A stretch of 64,000 nt of DNA from Camelus dromedarius (taxonomy: Eukaryota). Of this stretch, positions 36,891 to 51,497 are shown piece by piece. Under the pieces are notes generated by a model. It was not told where the DNA came from and searched no databases. It saw only the letters and a program-made list of their open reading frames with translations. The stretch's first letter is position 1, and every line of letters begins with the position of its first letter. The DNA lies in contig NC_087459.1 of the NCBI RefSeq assembly GCF_036321535.1, positions 7,998,001 through 8,062,000 on the forward strand, written 5' to 3'. The translations under genes and the position numbers were made by a program.

Positions 36891-39679
36891 ACGCCCAGTC
36901 AGTCATCCTGCTCTGGACAGCAGGCACCCAGAGCAGGGCCCTCACCCAGCACTGAGCCCTTTCTAATGTCTGACCCCTGAGACACCCACGTCCAGTGCTA
37001 TGAATTCTCCTTTGCTTAAACCCACCTTGTTCCAAGACACGTGTATCCCGGGGAATCTTGGCCGGAGGGCAACAACAGCCCCAAAGGCTGTGGTTTACTT
37101 GACTCTCCGATGCGATGGAGCCTAGAGTGGGAAAGCCATCACCAGATGCGTCTGGGGCCCCCCTCCCTGACCCCAGCAAGTCTCAGCAGGGTGCTGGGTG
37201 ACAGATGCCCCGCACTGCCAGCGATGCCTGCTCTTGTCCAAGTCCCCCTTCCTCCTCCTTCTCCTCCCTTCTCTCCCTCCTCCACCTCCTCCCCATCAGG
37301 GGTATAAACCAACACCTTAGCCTTCATTATCTCAAAGCACACAGAGAAACCTCACACGAGGCCTAATGTCCCACTAATGGGCGGGAGGCTGCCGCCCTTG
37401 TGTGCCCGATGGCAGGAGTAATTTACTGTAGCGCCACTTGAGAGCTGACATATTGGAGCTATTGATTTTCCCTGAGGAAGATCAATAAGGGATGCATGGC
37501 GACAGGCAGGTCCCCCACATTTGGAAGGGCAGAGTCTTTCTCCTGGGGACCGAGGCCTGACAGCAGGGGTGGGGGCTGGTGCGGGAGGGTAGGCACAGAC
37601 CTCTGAAGGCCCCTCGAGGCCCACAATGGGAGGCCAGCTGGGACAAGATGCTGGGGCATCTGCTCTGGCCCCAAGCCTGGCAGCCTGAGTGCCTTGGCCC
37701 CTGGCCCCACCCAGGGGCCCCATGGGCGCAGGAGGCTTGGGACACCCAGGCCACTCGGCCTGGCCCTGGCTGGCCACACAACACCAGGCTGGACATATTT
37801 GGGCAGTGATTCTGGGATAGTGTGTCTCTCCACCAACCAGGGGTCTCCTCAGGCTGCCATACCCTAACCCAGCACTCTGGAGGCTCCAGGGGTGAATCCC
37901 TTTGTTTTTGAGATTCTAGAGGCCACTATGTTCCTTGGCTTGAGGCCCCTTCCACCTACAAAGCCAACAGTTACCCTCTGCTTCTGTCCCCACCTCCCCA
38001 CAACTGGACCCTCCTGCCTCCCTCTGGGAGACATGCCCATGGGATAGCCCAGGACCATCTCTTGTCTTAGAGTCCTTACCTCAGTCACCTCCGCTGGGTC
38101 ACTTTGCCAAGTGAGATGACATGAAGTGATTCCCAGGGGTTAGGGTGTGGACCTCTTTGGGGATGTCACTCAACTGACCACAGGGGTGCCATCTGCTCGT
38201 GACCTGGATCCTTTCCAGGCTGTCCACTGTGCTGGAACACCTCCCCTTCCCCTAGTGTGGCCAGGTGAGAACTTGTTCCTGTGAGTGCTTGCAAACCACC
38301 TCCTCCAGGAAGCCCCCTCTGGCCACACAGGCTGGGGCCTTCTGGATGGCAAGGCTGCATCTCACTTTCCTCAGCCCAGCCCCCAGGCCCAGCCAGGGGC
38401 CCAGCACAGGTGAGAGCAGAAGATTGACCCAAATGCCCTCCTGGGGCCTCCACCCAGATTGCATTTCCCTCCAACCCCTTCGGCCCCACCCTCAAGGGGC
38501 TGAGCAAGGCAGGGCAGACCCCAGCCCAGCCTGTCTCCAGCTCCCTCCAGGTCCTGGCCCTGGCCGTTCCTGATAGCACTGCAGCTACAACTGGGCAGCT
38601 GCTGGGGTCCAGCCCTTGGTCGTGGGTGGGTCCTGGTGGGTGCTCCCTGGGCCAGCAGGAGGCAGGGGCCATACGTGGGCAGAGAGGGAGCCTAGGGGGT
38701 CCCAGCAGCCTGGGGAACCACCAGAGACCCTGACCCCCGCCTTCCTCAGTTCTTGGCTGACATCTTGGTTGTGCTGAGTCAGAGGGAGGCTGGCCATGGC
38801 TGGGGCAGGGCTAACCCACAGCCAGGACCTGATAACCGTGTCATCGGACCCCAGCATCTCATGGCAGAACTGTGGCCATGCCTGAGGTCAGTTTCTGGGG
38901 AACAGATAAATTTGAACTGGATTCACGAGACTGATCCCGGCCAGGACTCACTCTGGGGCGTGGTGAAGGGGTTGCATTGATCGGTTGTAACCATCAGCCA
39001 TAAGGAGACCTGGCATGTCACACAACCATGGAGCTGGCATCCTGCCCCTCTCCCTGCAGCCTTACCCAGGGGCCTGCCATGGCTCTGCCCTCTGCCACCC
39101 CTCTCTCTGGTCCTGCTCCAGGCAAATAACGTGGCTGTGAGATACCAGCAGCTTGGAAGACCCACTTGTGGCAGATTATCAGCCTGGACAGGAGTAGATC
39201 CCACTCCTGGGGTAGAACTTTTCCTCTCCTGTCACTCCATCAAAGCCAGGTGTCCTGACTACAGGTGTTGGGTCCTGCAGATGCCTGAGAAGTCACTGGC
39301 AGCACTCAGCAGGGGCAGACCTGCCCGGCAGCCCCCACTTGCAGGAAGGGCCTGGGTCTGCCTACATCCCTTGTGTAATCAGATGTCTCTGGGTGGGAGA
39401 GGAGCCGTACCCTCCAAAGGGGGCAGTGGAACCTGGAGCTGTAGGGGAAGGACCCAGTGAGGGGTAAGATGGCATCTGTGACCCTCCTGGCCTCCTGGAC
39501 AGGTGAGCCCCCACAGCTGGAAGGCAGATCTGGGACCATGAGTGACCATGGGGCACAGGGGCAGGGCACAAATTGGGAGGGAGCTGCTGTCCTGTCCCCC
39601 ACAAGCAGTGGTGGCTTTGGGAGTTCCCCAAGCTGGCACCAAGGGTGGTGGGAGCAATAGACACATCTGGTGACTGATG

Positions 39680-40100
39680 AGGTGGCATAGTGTCCCCAAA
39701 ACTCATGTCCTTATGTGGAAGCAGGGTCATTGCAGGTGTGACTGAGTTAAGATGAGGTCAGACAGTTCTGGGGTGGGCCCTCAATACAAGGACAAGTGTT
39801 CTCAAAAGAAGAGGGAAACTTGGACACAGACACCCACGGGGGATCGGTCGCGTGACGATGGAGGCAGAGATTGGAGAGTCGCAGCTGCAAGTCCAGGGAG
39901 TGCCAAGGACCTCAGGGGACACCAGAGGCCAGGAGAGAGGCAAGAGGAGGGTTGCCCTCTAGAGCCTCTGGAGGGTGCCAACCCTGATGGCACCTCGGTT
40001 TTGGACTTCTAGTTCCTGGAACCTGGAAAGAATCCCTGTCTGTTGTTCTCAGCCACCCAGTTTGTGTTGATTGGTTAGGTGGCCCTGGGACACTCATGCA
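39680..40100 (+). mobile_element. MaLR (MLT1-like) LTR
   Basis: gttaagatgaggtc...ccctctagagcctctggagggtgc...cagccacccagtttgtg. Confidence 0.65.
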
Positions 40101-40619
40101 GCAGCACTAGCAGAGGAGCTGGGCCTCTAGAAGGACAGGGTTGGCTGGGTGGCAGGCTTCCTGGGGTCCTGCTCATGGTGTGGTGTCAGTTGGAACCCGC
40201 CTGGGAGGTGCAGTGAAGACACCTCCAGGCTGGTTCCGTGCAGCTCAGGGCAGGGGGAAGAGGGAAGGGGAAAGGGGGCTACTGAGCCCCTCAGATGAAG
40301 GTACAGGAACCAAACAAAGGAACCAGAGAAGGGAGGTGCCATCTCAGTCTGGACAGTGAGGATGAAGCCCTGGGACAGCGGGAGGAGGGGTTCAACCAGG
40401 CTTGTTGCAAAAGCACCTACAGCTCTGGACCAGTGGGAAGGGGCAGGAGGGGGCTGGGCAGGGGCTCCAGGGGCCCCACGTGCCTAATAAGCCCACTGCC
40501 TAGGCCCTGGCTGGTGGTCCCAGGCCCTCCCTGGCCTTTCCAGGTCCTGCTGCTGGCCCAGAGCCCCCTTCACCTGGAGTGCTGCAGAAGCAGGATGTCC
40601 TCTAGAGAAGGCTACTCCA

Positions 40620-40955
40620 GAAGTCAAAATAGCATGAAATTTAATTTTCCGCCTATTTGACAAGGCTTGGTCCGGGCCCCAATCAGCAGTGGAGATAAGG
40701 GTCCTCGGGGCCCGGGTGGGAGCCAGCTGGGCGAGCGGCAAACACTCCACGGTCCCCAGGCAGGCTGAGGCTCCCCCCGCGGGTCTCTGGTTGCCGGGCG
40801 CTAAAGCAAACGGGCTTTATTTGTCCAGTCTGCGATGACAATGCCGTCACCAAATATTTGCCAGCCCGGGCAGGCCGCGGAGCTGGGCTATAAATGCTTG
40901 AGTCCAGGTGGAGGTGGGCCTGCCCAGCGGGAGCTGCAGGCCTCGGCAGGTAGGA
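40620..40955 (+). promoter_or_regulatory. PERCC1 promoter/enhancer (ortholog of the intestine-critical region) with TATA box and short non-coding exon 1
   Basis: TATAAA 40889-40894; donor CAG|GTAGGA at 40949/40950; AGATAA 40693-40698, CAGCTG 40724-40729, TTTATT 40816-40821, CAAATATTTG 40851-40860. Confidence 0.65.
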
Positions 40956-42195
40956 TCCAGGCTGGGTGGCGGGTGGGGAGGGAGCTGGCGGTGGAAGTCT
41001 GGCCTCTGGCCTCCTCCTCCCTCCTTGGAAGGCTGTGGGCTCCCTTGCCCAGGTGGTCTTTGGGGACCAACCACCCACTGGGAGGGGTCATCAGCGGGGC
41101 TGAGCAGGGCTGGGCTTCAGGACAAGCATGGGCCAGGGGAAGAGGGGCACCTGAGTCTTGGCACACAAGCAGCCATGCCCAGAGCCCAGAGCCCAAAGCT
41201 AGGGTCACGAGACACCCCAGCAGGGAAGAGGGGACCAGAACTGTGAGCAAGACCCAGAGCAGGACAGCAGGGAGGAGCGGGAGGCCGGCACAGCTCCCAT
41301 GACTCCCAGCAACGCCTGTGGACTCCCCCGCCCCTCCCCCGAGACAAGGTGCTGTTTTCTGGCCAACTGGGAGCCCTCTCTCACTCTCTGAACCACCTTC
41401 CCTTTCTTCCTCCCCCTGCCCAGGGCTCTGACCAGGAGGCCTCCCTGCTGTTGGGGTGGGGGTAGGGGGCTCCCAACCAAGGGGAGAGCCAGTCCCACCC
41501 TGTCAGGCACCTCCTCAAATCCCACCCCTCCCCAGTCCTGCCAGCCCCAGGCCTTCCTTCAGCACTGCCAGCTGACCCGCCTGAGTGCCCAGGCCAGGGA
41601 CACTCACTCCCCTAACAGGGAACCCACAGTAACCTGGGACAGTGGCTGCATTTACTAGAATTAGAAGGGACGGAGAAATGGCTCACCTTCATGGCCCCCT
41701 GAAGCCTCCAAAGTCCCCAAAGCTGCAAGGGACAGAGTGTCCCGGTCAAAGTAGCCAAGCCCAGTTCCTGGACTCAGTGTGGGCACCTCAGGAACTCTTA
41801 CAACCGCAGACACTCGTAGGGGGTGGGCCAAGGGAACCCCCCTGTCTCGCCTGGCACCTGGACAGAACCACATCAGCATGTTTATCAAGAGCCACAGCAT
41901 CCCTGAGCTGGGATGAGGGCTCTGCTGTCCAGGGCCTCAGACCCACTTGCACCCCATCCCCTGAACCGGCTCCCTTCTTGCTTCCCTGCTTCTCTCTCCA
42001 GGGACTTCTCTCTCCCCGAGTCATGATTCTATCAGCATTGACTTGTCACTCACCCTCGCAGCAGGACAAGATGCACTCCTTGTCTGGCCGGTGACTGCAG
42101 CCTCCACCCTGCAGGCTACCCACTGCTCCTGCCATGTCCACCCGCCTGTGGTATCTACCACTTTTGGTCTCTCTCTCAATGTCACCTGCCTCTGA

Positions 42196-43161
<966 letters not shown>

Positions 43162-43875
43162 CGATCAAGCAAGGGTCAGTGAGGGTGAGCCAAGGGTAAC
43201 AAGGGTCTGGACTCTCCTTATCACTGTCCTGAAAGGAGACCTCGGGGACCTCCAGCCAGGGCAGCCACCAGCAGGACAAGCTGGCTCAGGTCGGGAGTCC
43301 CCAGGCCAGGGCAGGGAATGGGCATGGGCCTTCCAGGATCTATGCCCACAGGAGGGGAGGATGGGGTAGGAGCTGTTGTGGTCCCTCAGAGGCAGTGGGC
43401 TCATGGGGTCCACATGCTGTGTGAGCCGCATTCCCCTCTAGACCAGCCTGGGAGATTCCAGTCAGTGGCAAGGGCACCCTTCCACATGGCCCACCCACCC
43501 GGCTGGTCCCAGGGCTGCCCCTCCTCCTGGCAATGTCTGCAGCTGGTGGCAGGGCCAGTGGCCCTGAGAGGCTGAGAGTTTCCTGGAGGGTCAGGGAGAG
43601 GGGGCAGGTCTGAGTGCGCAAACGAATGCACTGTTTGCTCCTAGATGAAGGCAGAAGAGCCGCTTCCTCTGGGGGTCTGGTTCCAAGTGGGTCTCTGGCC
43701 ACCGTGCCTGTGGACAGAAGGCCCTGGGGGGAGCGGCCGGGCCTGGGGCTCAGCTGGCTTGGGCGGGAGCAGGGGTTCTGGGAGTCCAGGAAAGGGGCCT
43801 CTTGGTCACTCTCCTGCCTGGGACCTCCTGACTCCCTGGGAGAGAACTCTGGACACTGATGGGCACAAGGGCATG

Positions 43876-43881
43876 TTTATT
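43876..43881 (-). terminator. CCDC154 polyadenylation signal overlapping the stop codon
   Basis: ...CCA AAA TAA A...: the hexamer AATAAA contains the TAA stop. Confidence 0.7.
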
Positions 43882-46800
43882 TTGGGGAAAGGGGTAGGGA
43901 TGAGAGCCGATGGGCAGGCTTCTGGCCGAGGGGCTTCTCCAAGACCACTCTGGGCCTCCGCCGGGCCACCAGGTTCATGAGGACAGCCTTCCACTGAAGC
44001 CACCTGCCCAGAGACATGGCTCACAGCCCCGGACCCCGCCTCCGCCCACTGCCCTCAGGGCCTCCCCCAGCCCTGAACCTGGACCTGGAGGGGTCTCCAG
44101 CAGGTGGCTCCCCACTGCCCACCTCACGGCCTGATACATGCCCCAGCAGTTCACTGGGACCACCTCGCCAGGGCCCACGTCCTTGATGAAGAACTGCTGC
44201 CTCACCAGGGACATGAGGACCCTCTTGCTGCCCAGTGTCAGGGCCCAGGGGCCCTCCTCACTCCACAGGCGCATCATGCTCTCCCGCAGTGTGGCCATCT
44301 CCTCCATGCGCTGTGGACGTAGGGGCATTGGGGTTGCCGTGGTGGCCAGGGCCGGGGGTGGGAGTTGACACAGGAATGCAGGAATAGGACCAGAGTGGGG
44401 GTGGGACAGCGAACGAGATTTATCTCTTTCTGGGCAAATCCAGGCCTTATCTGCTGGGAAACACTGCAGGGGCCAAACATGCAGACAGGCAGACCAAAAA
44501 GCTAGGAGGTGGCCAAGCTGGGGGTGGGGGCGAGGGGAGCTGGGAGTCAGGCTCCACATGGAGAAAGGTGGCCCACCTGGAGGGCCTGGGAGACTCCAGA
44601 GCCTCGAGGGTGGGGGTGGGGGTGCGAAGGCCAGGTCAGGGGCCGCCTCTCACCAGTTTGGTTTCTGTATTAAACTTGAGGTTCTGGATGGTCTTATTAT
44701 CCTGGATGCTGTTTTCCAATTTCATTATTTGGTTCTGAAACTAAACACAGTCCCCACTTCGTGGGCACAGATGCAGGGAGTCTGCAGACCTGAAGGCGGC
44801 CCCTGCCTCAATCACTTGGGGTAGAAATGGGCCTCCAACATGCGGGTCCTCGCCTCTCGGTAAATGACAAGGCGGGATCCAGCCAGAGTTCAGGGCTGCT
44901 CCTTTCATAGTGACTGTTGACGCACTGCAGTGTCTGGGGCTCCAGACAGGCGCTCCCACTTGGTACTTCCAGAGGTTGAGACGTGAGAGCCACCCAGCAG
45001 GATGACTGGTTCCTTGAGACTTGCCCCCAGGCAGGTGTCCTGGATCTGAGCCTCCCTGGATGGGAGGAGGTCTGCCTGGGCCCCTCGGAAGGGGTTGTCC
45101 CCTGTCTGAGCCAGACTCCCCAGCCCCCCTCCCTGAGTGTGCCCATACCTAGGGGCCCAGGGGTACCGTGGCCAGCTTGCCCTGGATCTCGGCAATCTTC
45201 CGCCCGGGGTTGCCCCCTCTGAGCAGCTGCACAGAGGACAGAAGAGAGGCCAGCTCTTGCCGGATGGCCTCAACCTCGAACTTTCTGTGGGCACAAGAGG
45301 CTGGGGCTGCTGGGCTGTGGGGGGTACTTGGAGGCAGGGCAGATGGAGGGAGGAGATCCTGGGCAGAGCACGGGATGCTCAGCCTTGTGACCCCTCCAGA
45401 GGGGACTGGGGGAGGGAGGTTCCCCAGCAGGTGACAGAAGGGAAAGGCCAGACCTGGGCTGGCGAGGGGTCAGGACTGCTGCAGATGCAGGGGACTGGGG
45501 AGGACCACCGTAAGGAAGCCCTGAGATGTAGCAGGGTTGCTCTGAGACAGCTGTACCCTCTGAGGTGGGAGAAGCCCAGCCCCTGACAGCCAGCAGAGCT
45601 TACCCCCCTCCCCAGGACTGCGGTTCTGCCAGGCTGTGGCAGTGAGCTGGGGGCCTCACCTGGCTTTGGTCTCGGTGGAGATCTTGAGGTCGGAGTCACT
45701 CTTGTGAAGGACACACTTGTCGGAAACAGCCTCTATCTGAAACGCGGAGCCGGCAGGCGGCTAAGGGCGGCGCAGCTGGGAAGGGGGGAGGCTGCGCCCC
45801 TGGTCCTCACTCACCTGCCGGGGCAGGCTGTCCACTTTCTTCTGCACCTCTCGCAGGTGCGCCTCAGCCTCCTCTCGACTCCGGGCCAGGCTTTCCCGAG
45901 ATCTCTTCTCTGCGACTTCCCACTCATTCTGTGCCTGGGGTGCAGATACCCAGTGAGGGCCAGAGCCCACCCAGAGAGGGAGGGTGGACAGGCAGCTAGA
46001 CTGAGCCCTTTGGAGCCAGAGTCAGACCCAAGACGGTTGCAGTCATGCAGCAGAGCTCCTGGAGGGCACATTGCTCCTGCCTCGACTCCGAGCATGTCCA
46101 CACTGACCACACAAGCCCCAGATGGGCCACACTATGGGGATGCAGATCCTCCCTGGAGGGAGCACCGGACTGAGCAGAACCACGTCCCTAAGAGGAAGGC
46201 CTGTCTCGCTCCCTCACCTGAACCAGCCCCAGCTGCCCATGAGTCAGTATGGACAGGGAGACAACAGGTAGCCTGCTCACACATGCAGGACGGGGGACGG
46301 GGGCCCGTGCCAAAGGCTGTACACGTGTATTCACAGCAGCACTAAGGGTATCAAAAGGGCAACATCACAGTGTCCATTAGGGGACAGATAGATGAAAGCC
46401 TGTGGTCCATCCACACAATGGAATGTTACTCAGCCGTAACAAGGAAGCACTGACACACGCTGTAACACGGGTGAACCTCAAACATGTGATGCTGATCACA
46501 AAAGGCCACATAGTGAACTATTTGCTTTACACAAAGCGTCCAGAACCAGCAAATCCACAGAGACAGAGAGCAGATCAGTGGTTGCCGGAGTCAGGGAGGG
46601 GAGTGACTGTTGATGACTTGGTGGTGGGGGGTCCTTTTAGGAGGATGGAAAAGTTCTAAAAGTGATTGTGGTGCTGGTTTTAAAAGAACGACTGAATTAC
46701 ATACTTTGAAAGGCTGAATTGTATGGTGTGTGCACTGAACCTCAATAAAGCTGATAGAAAAATAGAAAAAAGAACTTAAGGGTGGAGGCTGTTTTGCTGG

Positions 46801-49800
46801 CCCCTCTGTGGAGCCCTTCCTGTGGTTGGGACCCCAGGACCTCTCACCCTGGGCCACCCTGCTCCGAGCAGGAGGTCTGTGGGGCTCAGGGCCATCCTGG
46901 GCCTGGTGGACAGCTGTTGGGTGAGCTTGGGATCCGCCACTCAGGCCTCTACCCTCAGGGGTGATGGACATGGCTGGGGAGCATGAGGGGCGCCAGGATC
47001 CCCCATCCAGGCGCCCTCCCCCAGGCAGCTCCGTGGCTTTTACCTTGTGCAGCCGCAGGCTCAGCGTCTGCTCCTGCAGGTCCAGCTTCCAGCTCAGGGC
47101 CAGGAAGTGGTCACTCATGTCCTTCACCTGCCTGACCAGCTCAGCCACAGACGCCTCCAGGGCCTGGCTCTTCTCTCGGAGCTGTGAGAGGTGGGGCTGA
47201 GTGTGCTGCCTGCACCAGTGGGGGACCGCAGGAGGACAGCTGCCCCAGCGCTGCCCCCTTACCAGTTCCAGGGCGCTGTGTGTCTCCTGCTGGGCCAGCT
47301 CGCTGGCCAGCTGCATGGCCTCCAGGCTCTCCTGCAGGTAGGTAGCCAGCTCCCCGGCCCTGCTGTCCTCCAAGTGCCCTTTGGCATCCCTGGGGGTTGG
47401 TGCCACTGAGAAAGACTGTCCCTCAGCCAAGGCTGGCGATCCCTCAGCACTGGGCCAGGGCTGAGAGCCTGGCTGCTGGCTTCAGAACCTTCTAGGAAGC
47501 CCCAGGGAGGAGACAATGAGTGTCACCACAAGGGCCACCGAGACAGGGCTGTGTCCAATCCTGCCACACAGAGCTCCCCCAAGGGGGACAGGCTCCCACA
47601 AGGGCAGCTACTCTGGCCCAGGGTACCTGGCTGGGCCTCATGCTGGGCTCAGGGCCATTCCTGCCCGCCCTACCTGCAGCTCCACTCAGACACCCACCAG
47701 GCCTTCTGCTCGGCCAGTAGGACACGGTTCAGGGACACCTGGTTCTGCTGCACGAACTTGGTCAGCTGGATCACTGCCTTGTCCAGGCCCCGGCACTGTT
47801 CCAGGAGGTGGCATTCTTCCTGCTGCCATGCAGAGGCAGCCTGAGACCCACCCCAGCTCCCAGCCCAGGCCCGGCCCGTGCCCGCCCCACACTCACCTGG
47901 CACTGTCCCCGCAGGGCCTGCACACGCTTTGCATCCAGCTCCTGGAGCTGCTGCCACCAGCTCTCCAGCTCCTCCCGCAGGCCGCTCTCTGCCCTCAGCC
48001 GCGCGCTCTCTGAGGTCTTCATCCTCTACCAGGGGACCCAGCCCATCTGCCGTGAGCCAGGTGTGTGGGGGACACGACCAACCCACCAGCCCGCAAGTGC
48101 CCACCTTCTCAAGGGCCAGGAAGCTCTTCTGCAGGAAGCCACATAGCTTGGCTTCCCTCTTGAGGAAGCGGAGGCTCATCTCCTCCCCTAGCTTGGTCAT
48201 CTGGGCCTGTGGAGGAGGGTCTACATGGTCACCATGCAGCCTCCCCTTGGGCGGCCTACTTGCCTATCCACCCCCACCCACCATGCCATTGCCAACTTGC
48301 TTGTTCTCCTGCCCAACCATCTCCATTGGAGGGGGTCCTGCTCCTGTGTCCCCAGCAGGGCCGGCCCGTCGCACCATCCCTGGGAAGGCAGGCAGGCCAG
48401 GCACAAGGGCTGTGAAGCATCTGATGGCTGAGCTCCCAGGGGCCCAGGACACACATGGTTCTCACAGCAACCACCAGACACCGCCAGGGAAGGTGACACA
48501 GCAGCCACCAGATCACACCCTTGCCAGGAGCCCGGGGAAGGGTGGCTAAGGGCACATGAGTACACAGTCATGCACACACCTGTGCACAAATGATCGCACA
48601 CTCCTGCAGGTATGCACATACCTGTACACATATGTGCATGCACACACTTTTGCCCTTGCCCTCCAGGCCCAGGGTGGGGCCCATCCTGCCCTCCCCCGCC
48701 ATCGGCTCCTCTTCTGCTACACCAAGAGGTTGGGGTGCAGGGGACTGGGGTCCAGGCCCAGTCAGGCTGCCTCCCCTCCTCACACACCCACAGGGCAGGC
48801 AGGGCTCTGGCACGAGGCACCCTCTCCGCAGCCACAAGTCCTTCTAGGGCTGGGAGGGATGTCCACAGCCCGCAGAGCAGGTGTGCCCTGAGCCTCCACC
48901 AGCCTCCCTGCCCTGTTTCTGTAAAGAGCCAGAGGGCAGACACTTTGATTTTGTGGGCCACAGGGTCTCTGTCATAACCCCTCAGCTCTGTGGTTCCAGC
49001 ACAAACACGGCCATGGGCAACAGTAAACGTACGGCCATGTGCTAACAAAACTTTATGCGTAAGACCAGGCAGCAGCTGCAGGGTGCAGACCCCAGACTCG
49101 AGGCACGCTCGGGGAGAGGTGAGCTGGGCATGTCGGAAATCCCTGGGCTCAGTGCCTCCTGGAGCTCCTGCCTTTCAATGGAGCAAAGACATTAAACTTC
49201 TCACAGGGCAGTGGACAGGGGAGGCCACCAGAGCTGGGCAGCTAAGCTATGCAGGCAGCAGCTGGGGATGCGGTGCAGTCCCTGGTCTCTATTTGCAGAG
49301 CTGATGAGGCTGAGTCTCAAGGAGCTACCCCTGTCCCCTGCCCCGCCTTCTAGGGCTACAGGCACTGGCCCAGGAGCAAGGCCCCAGGGAGATGTGTCTT
49401 CAGGAAGGGACTTCCACCTGGCTTGGAGAGAAGCACCAAGGCTGAAAATTGTTGAGGAAGGGGCTACAGGTGCAGGTTACACGGGGAGGGAGAGGTGGGG
49501 GAGCAGCAGCCCAGATGGAACTTTGTGATGGATGGCATGCTCCATTTTGGCGCTGCCAAATCAGCAGTCACTGGCAATGTGGTGCGGCTTGTGTGACCAA
49601 GGAACTGAGTTGTAAATTGTCTAAGACGTCAGCTAATTTCAATACACAGAGACATCTGTGGCTGGTGGCTACCACAGTACAGGACTTAGGGGTCAGCCCC
49701 CAGGTCCAAACACATGGACAGAAGCATAAAGAGAGTAGAATGTGGGAAGAATCCGCCGATGGAAAAGATGTGGGCTGGGGGACCACGGGGGTCTCCTGCA

Positions 49801-51497
49801 CGGACCGTCTTGCTGGCAGCTCAGCTAGCTGCCCAGATGCCAGAGTCCTGGCCTCAGGAGTACCTGCATCCTGGCCACCTCCTGGTCCACCCTCTGGCTG
49901 GCCTCCTCCTGGCTCTTCTGCAGGGCTCCGCAGGCTACCCCTCGGTCCCGTTCCTCCTGCTTCAGTTTCCCGGTCAGCTCAGCCAACCTAGGGGCAATGG
50001 CTGCAGGTCACAGCAGCCCAGTGGGCCAGAGGGCTTGGCTGGGAAGACACAGGGAGGCTGGTGGGGCCCCCAGACACTAAGAGTCCTTTTTAGGCCAGGA
50101 CCAGCTGCTGGAGGGCCTAGACCGAGTGTACAGCCCACCTGGGTAAACACACCCATTTCCGTGTCCCCACCTGTCATTGAGAGCTTAGCTGATGAGGAAG
50201 GTGACAGGGTGGGGACCCCGGGCTGGTCTGTTTTCCCCACAGAGGGTCCACAGGCCCTGATGTCCCTTGTTAATCAGCAGCTTGGATGCCTTCCTGCCTT
50301 GGTGACTCCACTCCCATTCGACCACTTGGGTTCAGAGACAGCCCCCCGGGGGCCCACCTGAGGCTGGCCTCCTGCTCGGCGCCCTTCCGCTCAGAGTCCT
50401 GGAGTGCCTGCTTCCTCCTGATCTGGGTCAGGGCCTCCCGGACCTCCACCAGCCTGGCACACAAGAGCTGCTTCTGCCTGGGGCCTGCCTAGCCCTGCTC
50501 TGGGTGGCCAGGAGCAGGCTGGGCAGCCTTTGGAGTGGAGGCTCCACCAAGGGGCCCAGCAACAAGCCTCCCACCCCTTTCCCAGGCTCCATGGGGCATA
50601 TCTGCTTGGCTGAGCAAGACATCGAATGGGGGGAACTGGAAGCTTGCGGCTGAGGCCCCAACAGGGCTGGCACCAGCCAGGGTTTCCCCAAGCCCCTTTC
50701 CCTCCCGCTAAGCCTGCACCACGAGTAGTGGGGGTACCTCTTGTCCAGGGCCTGCATCTGGTTCTGGTTCTGGCTCTTCAGGCCGGGGAACTGCAAGGTG
50801 GAGGTGTGGGGTGAGTGCAGGCCAGGGCCCTCCCAGCCCTCCCAGAACAAACACAGCGGCATCACAGAGCCCGACCCTGGGGACTGTCTAGGTTCTCGGT
50901 CTGGGCAGAGGGGCTGAGCTGGGCTCAGGGTCCAGGAAACAGCTGGCCGGACACCCGGGGACGAGGAAGCCTGGCCCATGGGCGAGGACACTGCTTTACC
51001 TGGAGGGCCTCCTTCTCGGGGGCCTGAGCCACCTGCTGCACCTCCTGCTGCAGCTTCTTGAGCTCTGAGTCCTGCAGCTGCAGGCCAGCCCGCACCTGCA
51101 GAAGCTCCCGCAGCAGCAGCAGCGTGGCACGCTCACAGCGGGCTTTGTGTCCCCGCAGGGACACCACCTCGGCCTGCAGGTCAGCCACCCTGGAAGGGCG
51201 AGGAATAGGCCAAGTTGGCTGCATGTGCCGGGGGGTTGGGGGGACTGACCATTTGGTTCCCCTGCCCCTGTGGGGCTCACCACTGCTCCAGCTGCTTCCA
51301 GCGCTTGGGGGTGTCCTGTTCCAGAATGGAAGCAGTGGATGCCGGACAGCTGGACTCATACCTCTCCGAGACCTCCTCCAGACTCAAGGGCTCAGGGCTG
51401 GCCAGCCCTTCCTCCAGAAGCCCCAGGTCCTCTGGGGTGACAGTGCTCAGCTGGGAGTGGGGCGAGGCCCCTGATGAGGGGTCGCAGTCAGCCAGCT
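43877..51497 (-). CDS. CCDC154: Coiled-coil domain containing 154, coding exons 2-17 (first coding exon unresolved)
   Basis: Exons (minus): 51497-51281, 51189-51000, 50790-50738, 50453-50358, 49987-49864, 48206-48105, 48025-47897, 47822(or 47819)-47698, 47389-47263, 47181-47044, 45934-45815, 45736-45660, 45284-45167, 44740-44654, 44310-44123, 44003-43877 (TAA). All GT-AG with an open frame; motifs such as [24 protein letters not shown] and [10 protein letters not shown] match recalled CCDC154. Confidence 0.93.
46300..46760 (+). mobile_element. L1 3'-end fragment in a CCDC154 intron
   Basis: tggtccatccacacaatggaatgttactcagcc...gaacctcaataaagctg. Confidence 0.55.

Noticed and set aside
46591-47430. 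279-aa ORF suggesting one large CCDC154 exon
   Set aside because: It is exons 10 and 11 plus in-frame intron, running on into an L1 fragment; clear splice sites bound the real exons.
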